Source: an uncultured archaeon (GTDB lineage Archaea > Asgardarchaeota > Thorarchaeia > Thorarchaeales > Thorarchaeaceae). From it: 32,000 bases of DNA. The stretch is taken from assembly GCA_964648855.1 (NCBI GenBank), contig CAZYLT010000007.1, forward strand, positions 30,001-62,000, in the 5' to 3' direction. The notes below the pieces were generated by a model. The model did no database searches. It worked only from the letters and a program-made list of their open reading frames with translations, and was not told where the DNA came from. Shown here piece after piece: positions 18,103-25,860 of this stretch (position 1 is the first letter of the stretch; the number at the start of each line of letters is the position of its first letter). A program made the translations under genes and the position numbers.

Positions 18103-19020
18103 TCAGGTAGACTTCATTATATCCAGTATATTCCCGAAAAAGTGGTCAATGGTCATGCTTCTCTCAACATACTCGTCCATTCTATCGGCAATCTCGTTTT
18201 TCTTATTCTTTCTATAAGATGTACCTCTATCTGACATGATTATTGTGGAAACAACATCATTAATTTCATAGATGCTTCTCGCGCTATTGAGAATATGGTA
18301 GAGCATTCTTACCAATATTCTTCGATTCTCAGTGCCCCTAATATTCAAGACCTGGCTATAGAATTGGAATTGTAGACGATCAAGTGTTTCCATGTGGCTG
18401 GACAGAGTCTTAAGCCATTCTCCATCTTCTTCTTTTTCTTCTATGTTTCTTTGAACGTTGTGCCAGAATTTCTGTTGTTCGAGGAGGTCTACAAGATATG
18501 CTCTTACGATTCCGAAGTAGTCAATATCTTCTTCATCCTCAACTGAGCTTAACTCACTGAGATTCACAGCAATTTTCAGAGAAAACTCATCGAGGTATCT
18601 CTTGATCGAATCAAATTGCTTCTCCTCAGACATTACCAAAGCGAGAAGAATACCATATATGCAAGTTGCACAGTCAAGAGTCGGTTGAATCTCGCCAATG
18701 AAGTAGAGCCTGAGTGCGGTCATCAGGTCTTCTGACGTTACATCCCTTCCATGAATGCGAATAGGCCAGCCCTGAGATAGACAGTAGACTCTGCCTTCAT
18801 CCGTATATATGGACATGTAGCATGTTTGTCCATCGTCGCATCTGAAGCGGTCTATCTGCTCCATAGTCGGATCCGTACCAAGAATATCTGTGCCCAGTGT
18901 CATAGGCTCAATATCTATTATATCATCATCATTAACGCAGAGAATTTCGCCTTTAAAATCCCTATAACAGGGGCAGAACCCGAATGCCTTTGGTTCTTTC
19001 ATTATGCCTCTTTTCCCCAT
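18103..19020 (-). CDS. Uncharacterised Cys/His-rich protein, paralog B
   Basis: CPC..LCVNDD..CY..VYCLSQGW..RIHG..CATC; collinear with the upstream ORF over its full length. Confidence 0.85.
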   Translation of the reverse strand: MGKRGIMKEPKAFGFCPCYRDFKGEILCVNDDDIIDIEPMTLGTDILGTDPTMEQIDRFRCDDGQTCYMSIYTDEGRVYCLSQGWPIRIHGRDVTSEDLMTALRLYFIGEIQPTLDCATCIYGILLALVMSEEKQFDSIKRYLDEFSLKIAVNLSELSSVEDEEDIDYFGIVRAYLVDLLEQQKFWHNVQRNIEEKEEDGEWLKTLSSHMETLDRLQFQFYSQVLNIRGTENRRILVRMLYHILNSARSIYEINDVVSTIIMSDRGTSYRKNKKNEIADRMDEYVERSMTIDHFFGNILDIMKST

Positions 19021-19036
19021 TCAAGATTCATGTTTT

Positions 19037-20011
19037 TCACAATCTTCCGAGAATTTGAAGGATGTTTCCGAAGTTATGCTCAATAGCTCTGGCCTTTCTT
19101 TTATAGTTTAAAAATATAGTCTGTTCTTCATGGCATATTTTCTTCTCAATAAATTCTTGTGAATTGATTCTGGTATGTAGGTCCGAATTGAGTGCAAGAA
19201 TCCTGGAAGATGTATCTAGAATGAAATGAAGTACCTTGATCACGAGGTGGAAATCCGAAATGTTTCTCAGGAGGAGAACCTGGCTGTAAAACTGAAATTC
19301 AAAACGGGAGAGTTTCTCCCTATCCGAAATCAAATCCAATATCCATTTCTCAGCTTCTTGTTTCTCGAGATTCTTCTGGATTTCCATGTATTGATTCTGC
19401 TGATCCTGTAGCTGAAGAAGGTATCCTTGGATAATGTCAAATGGGTCCATTTCTTCTCCATTTTGCTCAGCCTTCTCTACTGTCTCCATCTGCTCGTCTG
19501 TTTCACTCAGGTTAATTGCCACTTTGACAGAAAACTCATCAACGTATCTCTTGATCTCTTCCATCTTCTCCTCTTTAGACATAACATCCGTAAATGATTC
19601 TCCCAGAGTTAGGAGGAACTTGTACAAACAATCACTACAGAGTTCTGCACTGGCAGATTTGTCAGTTGTTGAGAGGAATTTCATTGCGTCCTTGAGCTCA
19701 TCTGCTTTGACATCCTTCCCATGTATCCTAAGATTCCAACCCTGTGAAACGCAATATACTTTATTGTCAGGATAATTGGCATATATACAGAGATAACAGA
19801 GATTTCCCTTGTTGGCCTTCTCTTTTTCTAGTGATTCTTTCGTAGGATTGAAACCAAAGAGAGATGGGTCGATTTCCATGACATCAAGTTCCAAAATGGT
19901 GTCGTCGTTGACACAGAGTTGCTCATCACCAAAGACCTTGAAGCATGGGCAGCCACGAATAACTCTAACAGTCTTTGGTGGTTCTATTTTGTCCTTGACA
20001 CCTAAGCCCAT
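19037..20011 (-). CDS. Uncharacterised Cys/His-rich protein, paralog A
   Basis: CPC..LCVNDD..CY..VYCVSQGW..RIHG..CSDC; ATG 20011 has an AGGAG RBS 9 nt upstream. Confidence 0.85.
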   Translation of the reverse strand: MGLGVKDKIEPPKTVRVIRGCPCFKVFGDEQLCVNDDTILELDVMEIDPSLFGFNPTKESLEKEKANKGNLCYLCIYANYPDNKVYCVSQGWNLRIHGKDVKADELKDAMKFLSTTDKSASAELCSDCLYKFLLTLGESFTDVMSKEEKMEEIKRYVDEFSVKVAINLSETDEQMETVEKAEQNGEEMDPFDIIQGYLLQLQDQQNQYMEIQKNLEKQEAEKWILDLISDREKLSRFEFQFYSQVLLLRNISDFHLVIKVLHFILDTSSRILALNSDLHTRINSQEFIEKKICHEEQTIFLNYKRKARAIEHNFGNILQILGRL

Positions 20012-20270
20012 GAATGGTTTCTCCTGACGGGAAAGCAAGAGTGGAGCCCACACCAGCTAAATTGTCTATATAGTTATAGGAATTCAGGTAGATACATTGA
20101 TAGATTGGAATTTCTACAGAATAGATTCACTCGTAACTCACAAGATGAGAAGACCATAATGAACGAAATTCAACCTCTTAGACGTCATTCATTGCCTATT
20201 CACAAATAAAATTCAATCTCAACTTGGTTCTGTAGCTTCTTTTTCTGCATAAATGAAAGGTGGGGTGGAC

Positions 20271-20332
20271 ACTCAGCCCTCATAGGTTCGTGATCTTTCT
20301 CTCACGAAGGCGGTCCTACGTCTGGACTGAAT
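20271..20332 (-). other. Long bulged RNA hairpin starting immediately after the RHH gene stop codon (3' UTR structure or terminator)
   Basis: Nested stems AUUCAGUCC/GGGCUGAGU, CGUAGG/CCUAUG and UUCGUGA/UCACGAA. The G-U pairs form only on the minus strand. Confidence 0.55.
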
Positions 20333-20473
20333 CTAACCCCAGAGTTCTCTTTTAAGCAGGTCACGGATTGCTATACGAATTGCCTCAGACCTATTAGGAT
20401 AGAGATTGCTGTCGACTAACTTCTCCAATCCATCGATGTAGGTTTCCGGGACATGTAATGTTACGAGTTTCAT
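20333..20473 (-). CDS. 46-aa ribbon-helix-helix (CopG/Arc/MetJ) regulator, CdrS-like (missed by the ORF track)
   Basis: Manual translation gives MKLVTLHVPETYIDGLEKLVDSNLYPNRSEAIRIAIRDLLKRELWG, with the YPNRSEAIR signature; GGTGG RBS. Confidence 0.9.
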   Translation of the reverse strand: MKLVTLHVPETYIDGLEKLVDSNLYPNRSEAIRIAIRDLLKRELWG

Positions 20474-20677
20474 TTTTTCCACCAATTATCTTTCTTTGAA
20501 GGCTCCCCGCAGTAGTACGTCGAGCCTACCGAGGTATTCATCTAAGTAACACCTGGGTCATACACAAATATGGAGGTTAGTAATACTAGGTAGATACCAC
20601 CGTCAGGGAAAAAACGCGGCTGAAAGAAACATAGTTTTTTAGTGGTAGAAACCATCATCCCCATACAGCTGTTAGGA

Positions 20678-20701
20678 AATGAGTTATAACCATCACTCAT
20701 T
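20678..20701. promoter_or_regulatory. Inverted repeat enclosing a TATA-like element upstream of acd
   Basis: AATGAGT-N10(TATAACCATC)-ACTCATT. Confidence 0.4.
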
Positions 20702-20744
20702 GCCCCAAAGCTCGAATCTAACCGTCAGAAGGTTGTGTAGGAAA

Positions 20745-22865
20745 TTGGACAGACAAAAAGGCATTGACGTAATGTTCAATCCGAAATCGGTAGCAGTGAT
20801 TGGCGCATCAGCAACAAAGGGAAAGCTTGGCAACGATGTGATGCGGAATCTGATCGATAGCGGATTTGACGGCAGAATTTATCCAGTTAATCCAAGAGCA
20901 GGTGAAATTCTTGGACATCAAGCATATAGAACTGTGAACGATATCGCTGGCGATGTTGATATGGCCGTCATAGTTATTCCTGCTAAATACGTTCTCGATG
21001 TTGTCAAGCAATGTGCTGAGAAAGAAGTTAAGGCTCTGGTAGTTATAACAGCCGGATTCAAAGAGATAGGACATGAAGGAGCAGAGGCCGAAAAAGAAAT
21101 CGCAAAAGTTGCAAAAGAAAACGGGATGGTGATGTTAGGTCCAAATTGTCTTGGCATAATTAACACTCATGCGCCCTATAATGCTTCATTCTCAGCTGGG
21201 ACGCCCCCAAAGGGGACTATTGCATTTGCATCTCAGTCTGGTGCTCTGATGACAGGCATCCTAGACTGGAGTCTAATGGAGAGAATAGGATTCTCCAAAT
21301 TCGTCAGTTTAGGAAATAAGGCACAACTTGATGAAGCCGACTTTATCGAGGCATTTGGAAGAGACCCTGACTCAACATTTGTGTTGCTTTACATTGAATC
21401 TGTGGTTGATGGTCGAAAATTCATGGATGCTTGCAAGGACGTTGTCCAGAAAAAGCCCATATTCGTGATTAAATCTGGAGTAAGCGTGGCTGGTGCAAGA
21501 GCTGCATCATCTCACACAGGATCTCTTGCTGGTAGCGACACTGCTTACAATACGGCATTCAAACAATCAGGCGTAAGCCGCGCAACTAGCATGGCTGAGC
21601 TCTTCGATATAGCAAATGTATTTGATGATATGCATCTCCCCGCCGGGAATAAAGTTGCAATCATCACCAACGCAGGTGGGCCAGGCATTATCACGACTGA
21701 TGCGTGCGAAGCGCATGGATTAGATATCGCCGAACTCTCTCAGAACACAGTTGAGTTACTTCGAGAGGAGCTTCCTCCCGCAGCAGCAGTCTACAATCCG
21801 ATTGATGCGCTTGGAACTGCTCAACCGGAAGACTATGCGCTTTGTACAGAGGCAGCTCTACGAGATGAGAAGGTTGACTCAGTAATTGTATTGGTTACTC
21901 CACAGGCCATGACGAAAGAGGCAGAAACCGCCCAAGTGATTGTTGATGCTCATAAGAAATATCCCGACAAGCCATTGCTTGCTGTATTCATGGGTGGCAA
22001 CTCGATGGTCTATCCAAGGATTGTCCTGACCGACGGCGGTATTCCCGTATTTGACTTTCCCGAGCGTGCTGTCAATGCGTTAGCTGAGCTCTACCAATAT
22101 GTCTTGAATAGAGACAGTGTGAAAGACGAAACAATCCCCAAGTTTAAAGCTGACACTGAAAGAGTGACGGAAATCATTCGAGAAGTTCGTGAAGACGGTA
22201 GACGTGTCTTGCTTGGTAGTGAGGCTCATGAAATCGCTGAATGCTACGGAATTCCTGTTGCCAAGATAAGCCTCGCAACTAGCGCGGAAGAAGCCACCAA
22301 AATGGCAGAGGAACTTGGTTATCCCGTAGTGCTAAAAATTGCCAGTCCTGATATTGTCCATAAGAGCGACATTGGGGGCATCAAGGTCGGTCTTGAAACG
22401 CCTCGACAAGTAGAAGCGGCATTTCTTGAAATCGTTGATAACGCTCGGAAACATATGCCCAAAGCCATCATCTATGGTGTGGATGTGCAGGAGATGGCAG
22501 AAGAGGGAAAGGAGCTCATTATTGGTTGTTCCAGAGACGTTCAGTTTGGCCCTCTCATCATGTTTGGAGCCGGAGGCATATTTGTAAATTACTTGAAAGA
22601 TGTTGCTTTTCGACTCGCTCCTATGACAAGAAGCGATGCCAGCGAATTAATGAAAGAAACCAAAATTGGTACTTTGCTGGAGGGTGTCAGAGGGGAACCA
22701 CCAAGCGACATTGTGGCGATTCAAGACACTATCCTAAGAATTAGTCAGCTTGTTACTGATTTTGAAGAGATTGTTGAACTCGATATCAATCCCGCCTTTG
22801 CATACGAGAAAGACAAAGGTGTATCTGCTGTCGATGTCAAAATTACAATTGGAGGAGAAAACTAG
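20745..22865 (+). CDS. acd: Acetate/acyl-CoA ligase (ADP-forming), fused alpha-beta
   Basis: FNPKSVAVIGAS, GPNCLG, SQSGA, SLGNKA, AASSHTGSLAG (phospho-His), TNAGGPG, ATP-grasp domain with HKSDIGG and ELDINP. TTG 20745 preferred as start. Confidence 0.93.
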   Translation: MDRQKGIDVMFNPKSVAVIGASATKGKLGNDVMRNLIDSGFDGRIYPVNPRAGEILGHQAYRTVNDIAGDVDMAVIVIPAKYVLDVVKQCAEKEVKALVVITAGFKEIGHEGAEAEKEIAKVAKENGMVMLGPNCLGIINTHAPYNASFSAGTPPKGTIAFASQSGALMTGILDWSLMERIGFSKFVSLGNKAQLDEADFIEAFGRDPDSTFVLLYIESVVDGRKFMDACKDVVQKKPIFVIKSGVSVAGARAASSHTGSLAGSDTAYNTAFKQSGVSRATSMAELFDIANVFDDMHLPAGNKVAIITNAGGPGIITTDACEAHGLDIAELSQNTVELLREELPPAAAVYNPIDALGTAQPEDYALCTEAALRDEKVDSVIVLVTPQAMTKEAETAQVIVDAHKKYPDKPLLAVFMGGNSMVYPRIVLTDGGIPVFDFPERAVNALAELYQYVLNRDSVKDETIPKFKADTERVTEIIREVREDGRRVLLGSEAHEIAECYGIPVAKISLATSAEEATKMAEELGYPVVLKIASPDIVHKSDIGGIKVGLETPRQVEAAFLEIVDNARKHMPKAIIYGVDVQEMAEEGKELIIGCSRDVQFGPLIMFGAGGIFVNYLKDVAFRLAPMTRSDASELMKETKIGTLLEGVRGEPPSDIVAIQDTILRISQLVTDFEEIVELDINPAFAYEKDKGVSAVDVKITIGGEN

Positions 22866-23911
22866 TGCCGGAAAACTACGTTATAAGTGGCCAGACTTTC
22901 ACTGGTAAGACATTGGTTGCTTTAGCGCTCTCAGAGTACGCAGAGAAACAGGGTTTGAAGGTTGGTTATTTCAAGCCAGTGGGTATTCCGAATGACGACG
23001 ATGCTGCACTAATGAAAGAGGTTCTAAACCTCTCAACAGATTTGAGCAAAATTTGTCCAATTGAGAGAACGAAGTCAAGCTATGATGAATTATTGAAAAT
23101 AGGATACAAACAGTTACGCACTAAGATCTTGGAATCCTTTAGTGAGGTGTCGGATGGCAAGGATATAGTGCTGATTGAAGGTACAGAAGCTCCCTGGCAT
23201 CTTCTTCATGTGAATCTCTCTACCCCCCAGATCGCAGAAGAACTTGGTGCAAAAGCTATCTGCCTCGTGAATTTCCAAGATGTTACAGCTATTGATGATG
23301 TGTTACTTCAAAAGGACCTGTTTCTTAGACACAATGTCAAGGATTTGACAATTGCTCTTAATATGGTTCCCCCCATGCTCAAGACGATTGTTTCTACAAG
23401 CATTGGCGATTTTATCAAGGCCAGCGACATGAAGTTCTTGGGTTCAATCTTTAGAAATCGTGAGCTCTTTGCTCCAAGTGTTCAAGAGATTCTGAAGGCG
23501 TTAGACGGGCAAATGGTAGTTGGTGAGGAGAAGCAGAATGTTCTTGTTGATAGTTTCATGGTGGGCAGTATGGCACCTGAAAACGCATTGAAGTGGTTCA
23601 GAAGGGCAAAGAACAAGGCAGTTATTACCAGTGGAGATAGAGCAGATATTTGCATGGCTGCCATGGAAACTGATACAAATCTACTCATTCTCACCGGTGG
23701 TATGGGTCCCAATATCAGAACCCTTGCCCAGGCAAGAGAAAAAGGAATCCCAATCATGATGACTGGCTACGATACATATACCACTGGTCAAGTTGTGGAT
23801 TCATTGATTGGAACTGTCACTACTGAAAATATCCAGAAGGTGCCAGTAATAGTGAAAATACTGAGAGAATCCCTCGATTTTGATGTGCTTGATATAAAAC
23901 CCAAAAAGTAG
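22865..23911 (+). CDS. Phosphotransacetylase N-terminal-like protein (BioD-like AAA_26 plus DRTGG domains)
   Basis: GQTFTGKT, VGYFKPVG, VLIEG, ITSGDRADI, LILTGG, DTYTT; translationally coupled to acd. Confidence 0.88.
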   Translation: MPENYVISGQTFTGKTLVALALSEYAEKQGLKVGYFKPVGIPNDDDAALMKEVLNLSTDLSKICPIERTKSSYDELLKIGYKQLRTKILESFSEVSDGKDIVLIEGTEAPWHLLHVNLSTPQIAEELGAKAICLVNFQDVTAIDDVLLQKDLFLRHNVKDLTIALNMVPPMLKTIVSTSIGDFIKASDMKFLGSIFRNRELFAPSVQEILKALDGQMVVGEEKQNVLVDSFMVGSMAPENALKWFRRAKNKAVITSGDRADICMAAMETDTNLLILTGGMGPNIRTLAQAREKGIPIMMTGYDTYTTGQVVDSLIGTVTTENIQKVPVIVKILRESLDFDVLDIKPKK

Positions 23912-23918
23912 ATTTGAG

Positions 23919-23937
23919 GAGGAGCATTAGGCTCCTC
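23919..23937 (+). terminator. Hairpin downstream of the acd operon
   Basis: GAGGAGC-attag-GCTCCTC perfect 7-bp stem just after the stop codon. Confidence 0.5.
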
Positions 23938-23938
23938 T

Positions 23939-24098
23939 TCATTCTGGGAACACACTGGTCACCGGGAGGATTTGTGTGCTCCAGCTATTGAAATACCTAC
24001 CTGAATATTTCATATTGTGTGCTTCAGCTAATACGGGGTCAATATGAGCGTAAAACCCCCGCAATATATGGTTTCCACATCTACACGTCCCAGAATGA
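23939..24098. repeat. 160-bp element bounded by a perfect 11-bp inverted repeat, with an internal 16-bp direct repeat
   Basis: TCATTCTGGGA (23939-23949) / TCCCAGAATGA (24088-24098); TTGTGTGCT(C/T)CAGCTA at 23972 and 24015. Confidence 0.5.
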
Positions 24099-24181
24099 TG
24101 ATTTTACCTAGAATGATTCTTCTCGGAAGGAATAAATGTAAGACCTCATCACCACAGGTATACTATTCAAACGACTGAGGT

Positions 24182-24949
24182 ATGATTATGGCAACAGATG
24201 CAAAATCGGAATCAGCCGGAGACGCCAAAGGAGCAGCAGGTACCGTTCAAGACCTGCAGTCTCTGAAGCTCATTCGGCAACGGCGTTCAATCCGGGAATT
24301 TACCGGAGAACCCATTCCAGATGAACATATTGAAATGATTTTGGAGGCGGCTCGTCATGCTCCGAGTCCGGAAAATATGCTCATGATGCGATTCGTCGTA
24401 ATACGCGATGATGAAGAAATGAAGACTTTTCTCGCTGACATTGCTCAGGAAATGGCGCAGACCGCCTTTGGTGGTGCCCCATTTGAACTGACCAGTGGAC
24501 GCAATTGGTTCATCAGCGATCCGTATCGTGCAGCAGTATACGCAAGACTCAGAGATGGAGAGCTATTCCGTTATCCGGAAAAGAGTGACACATGTATTGT
24601 TGTATGTGCTAGTGACAGCTGGCATGACGCAGGCTACCTATATCCAAATGAGCTCTTTGGCTCTGTTGTATGTGGTATGGCCGTTCAAAATATGTGGCTC
24701 ACGGCTACTGAGCTAGGCTACGGATGTGGATACGAGGCATTGGTCTGTTCAGATCCACGGCACGCAGAGCTGATTCGAGATAGACTAGGAATACCCCCCA
24801 TCTGGACACCACTAACTGCCTTTTGCATAGGTCAGAGGATTTCAGAAAGAGCACTTGGTCCAAGCCGGCCTCCATTGGAGGGCCTGATGTACCAGGAGCG
24901 ATGGGGTCTGCCCTACACCCGTTTTGCATTCAGAGATAAGGAGGAGTAA
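24182..24949 (+). CDS. Nitroreductase-family FMN oxidoreductase
   Basis: RRSIREFTGEPIP...ILEAARHAPSPEN...RFVVI, AVQNMWLTATELGYG. Confidence 0.9.
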   Translation: MIMATDAKSESAGDAKGAAGTVQDLQSLKLIRQRRSIREFTGEPIPDEHIEMILEAARHAPSPENMLMMRFVVIRDDEEMKTFLADIAQEMAQTAFGGAPFELTSGRNWFISDPYRAAVYARLRDGELFRYPEKSDTCIVVCASDSWHDAGYLYPNELFGSVVCGMAVQNMWLTATELGYGCGYEALVCSDPRHAELIRDRLGIPPIWTPLTAFCIGQRISERALGPSRPPLEGLMYQERWGLPYTRFAFRDKEE

Positions 24950-24954
24950 GCAAA

Positions 24955-25212
24955 ATGGAAGTCAGTTTTAACGAAGAAACCAAGAAGAATATGGAAGAGC
25001 TTTCTGAAGAGGCCAATCTTACTCCTGAAGGATTCATCGAAGTCGTCATGGAGCAATTCTGTAACAATACAGGATCTCGTGTGTACACTGGGAGATGGTC
25101 CAGTGGGGAAGTTGATGGCGTCAAGGGAATGCGTTATGTTGTTCAATGGCCGTTCCGACCAGGTTTCAAAGAAGCCAAGGGCAATGAAGTAAAGAAATGG
25201 AGGAGATCCTAG
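24955..25212 (+). CDS. Small protein with an N-terminal RHH-like segment
   Basis: MEVSFNEETKKNMEELSEEANLTPEGFIEVVMEQF strand-helix-helix pattern; AGGAGGAG RBS. Confidence 0.7.
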   Translation: MEVSFNEETKKNMEELSEEANLTPEGFIEVVMEQFCNNTGSRVYTGRWSSGEVDGVKGMRYVVQWPFRPGFKEAKGNEVKKWRRS

Positions 25213-25485
25213 ATGGCGAAGTATAGAGACCACCCAACAGGTGAATGGCCCTTTTACCCAACTTTAGAAGAGGGCGACATTGAGCATGAGTATTGGACCA
25301 CCAAGAAAATGGCCCATCAAGCGCTCATAAATGACCGAAAGGGGCGCATTGTGGTGCTCATGCATTTTCCGAAATACAAGGCTTTTCTCGATGAAATCAA
25401 GAAGAGAAAGGGGAATATGTGGTCTGTGACCATTGAAGAAGTGATGCAGGAAGCCATTGACTTATGGATGGAGAAGGAGGCGTAG
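25213..25485 (+). CDS. Small protein with a C-terminal RHH-like segment
   Basis: RIVVLMHFPKYKAFLDEIKKRKG...TIEEVMQEAIDLW; the start codon directly abuts the upstream stop. Confidence 0.7.
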   Translation: MAKYRDHPTGEWPFYPTLEEGDIEHEYWTTKKMAHQALINDRKGRIVVLMHFPKYKAFLDEIKKRKGNMWSVTIEEVMQEAIDLWMEKEA

Positions 25486-25489
25486 AGAA

Positions 25490-25849
25490 ATGTCACAGTT
25501 ACAAGAATTCTTCAAGTTCCTGATGGCTCAAGTCAGGGAGAAAGAAGACCTGCAGAAGAAACTTGCCGAGTGGGTTGGACCCTATGATGGTAAAATCCTT
25601 CAGGTACGAACCGAGGAGGGTGACCAATACGTGGTTGTTACAAAGGACAGCATGACTCTCCGTGATGGATTGTACCCAAGTCCAGACGTAACCTACGAGT
25701 CAGACGCTGAAACTCTACTGGGCATCTTTACCGGCGATGTTCCCTTCAAGCAGACAATGAAGGATGGCTCTCTCAAGGTCATTGGGAATGCTCATGAGAG
25801 CGATCCACTTGCTAATCTCATCTTGGTTGCCATGACGAGCGCTCTATAG
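25490..25849 (+). CDS. SCP2 sterol/lipid-binding domain protein
   Basis: PDVTYESDAETLLGIFTG...MKDGSLKVIGN matches the SCP2 C-terminal signature; ATG 25490 follows AGGAGG. Confidence 0.85.
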   Translation: MSQLQEFFKFLMAQVREKEDLQKKLAEWVGPYDGKILQVRTEEGDQYVVVTKDSMTLRDGLYPSPDVTYESDAETLLGIFTGDVPFKQTMKDGSLKVIGNAHESDPLANLILVAMTSAL

Positions 25850-25860
25850 GAGGAAGACCC

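Noticed and set aside
20271-20332. SECIS element (AGA/A internal loop, purine-rich apical loop)
   Set aside because: It matches neither the GAA/A nor the AUGA..GA consensus cleanly. The upstream RHH gene has no in-frame UGA, and read-through of the neighbouring TGA stops gives only a few codons.
23972-24030. Two 16-bp direct repeats as a mini-CRISPR array
   Set aside because: Only two copies, the repeat is too short, the spacer is 27 nt, and there are no cas genes in the window.
24095-24178. C/D box sRNA (ATGATGA ... CTGA)
   Set aside because: The 84-nt span is long for archaeal guides, there are no convincing C'/D' boxes, and it overlaps the likely promoter and RBS of the nitroreductase gene.
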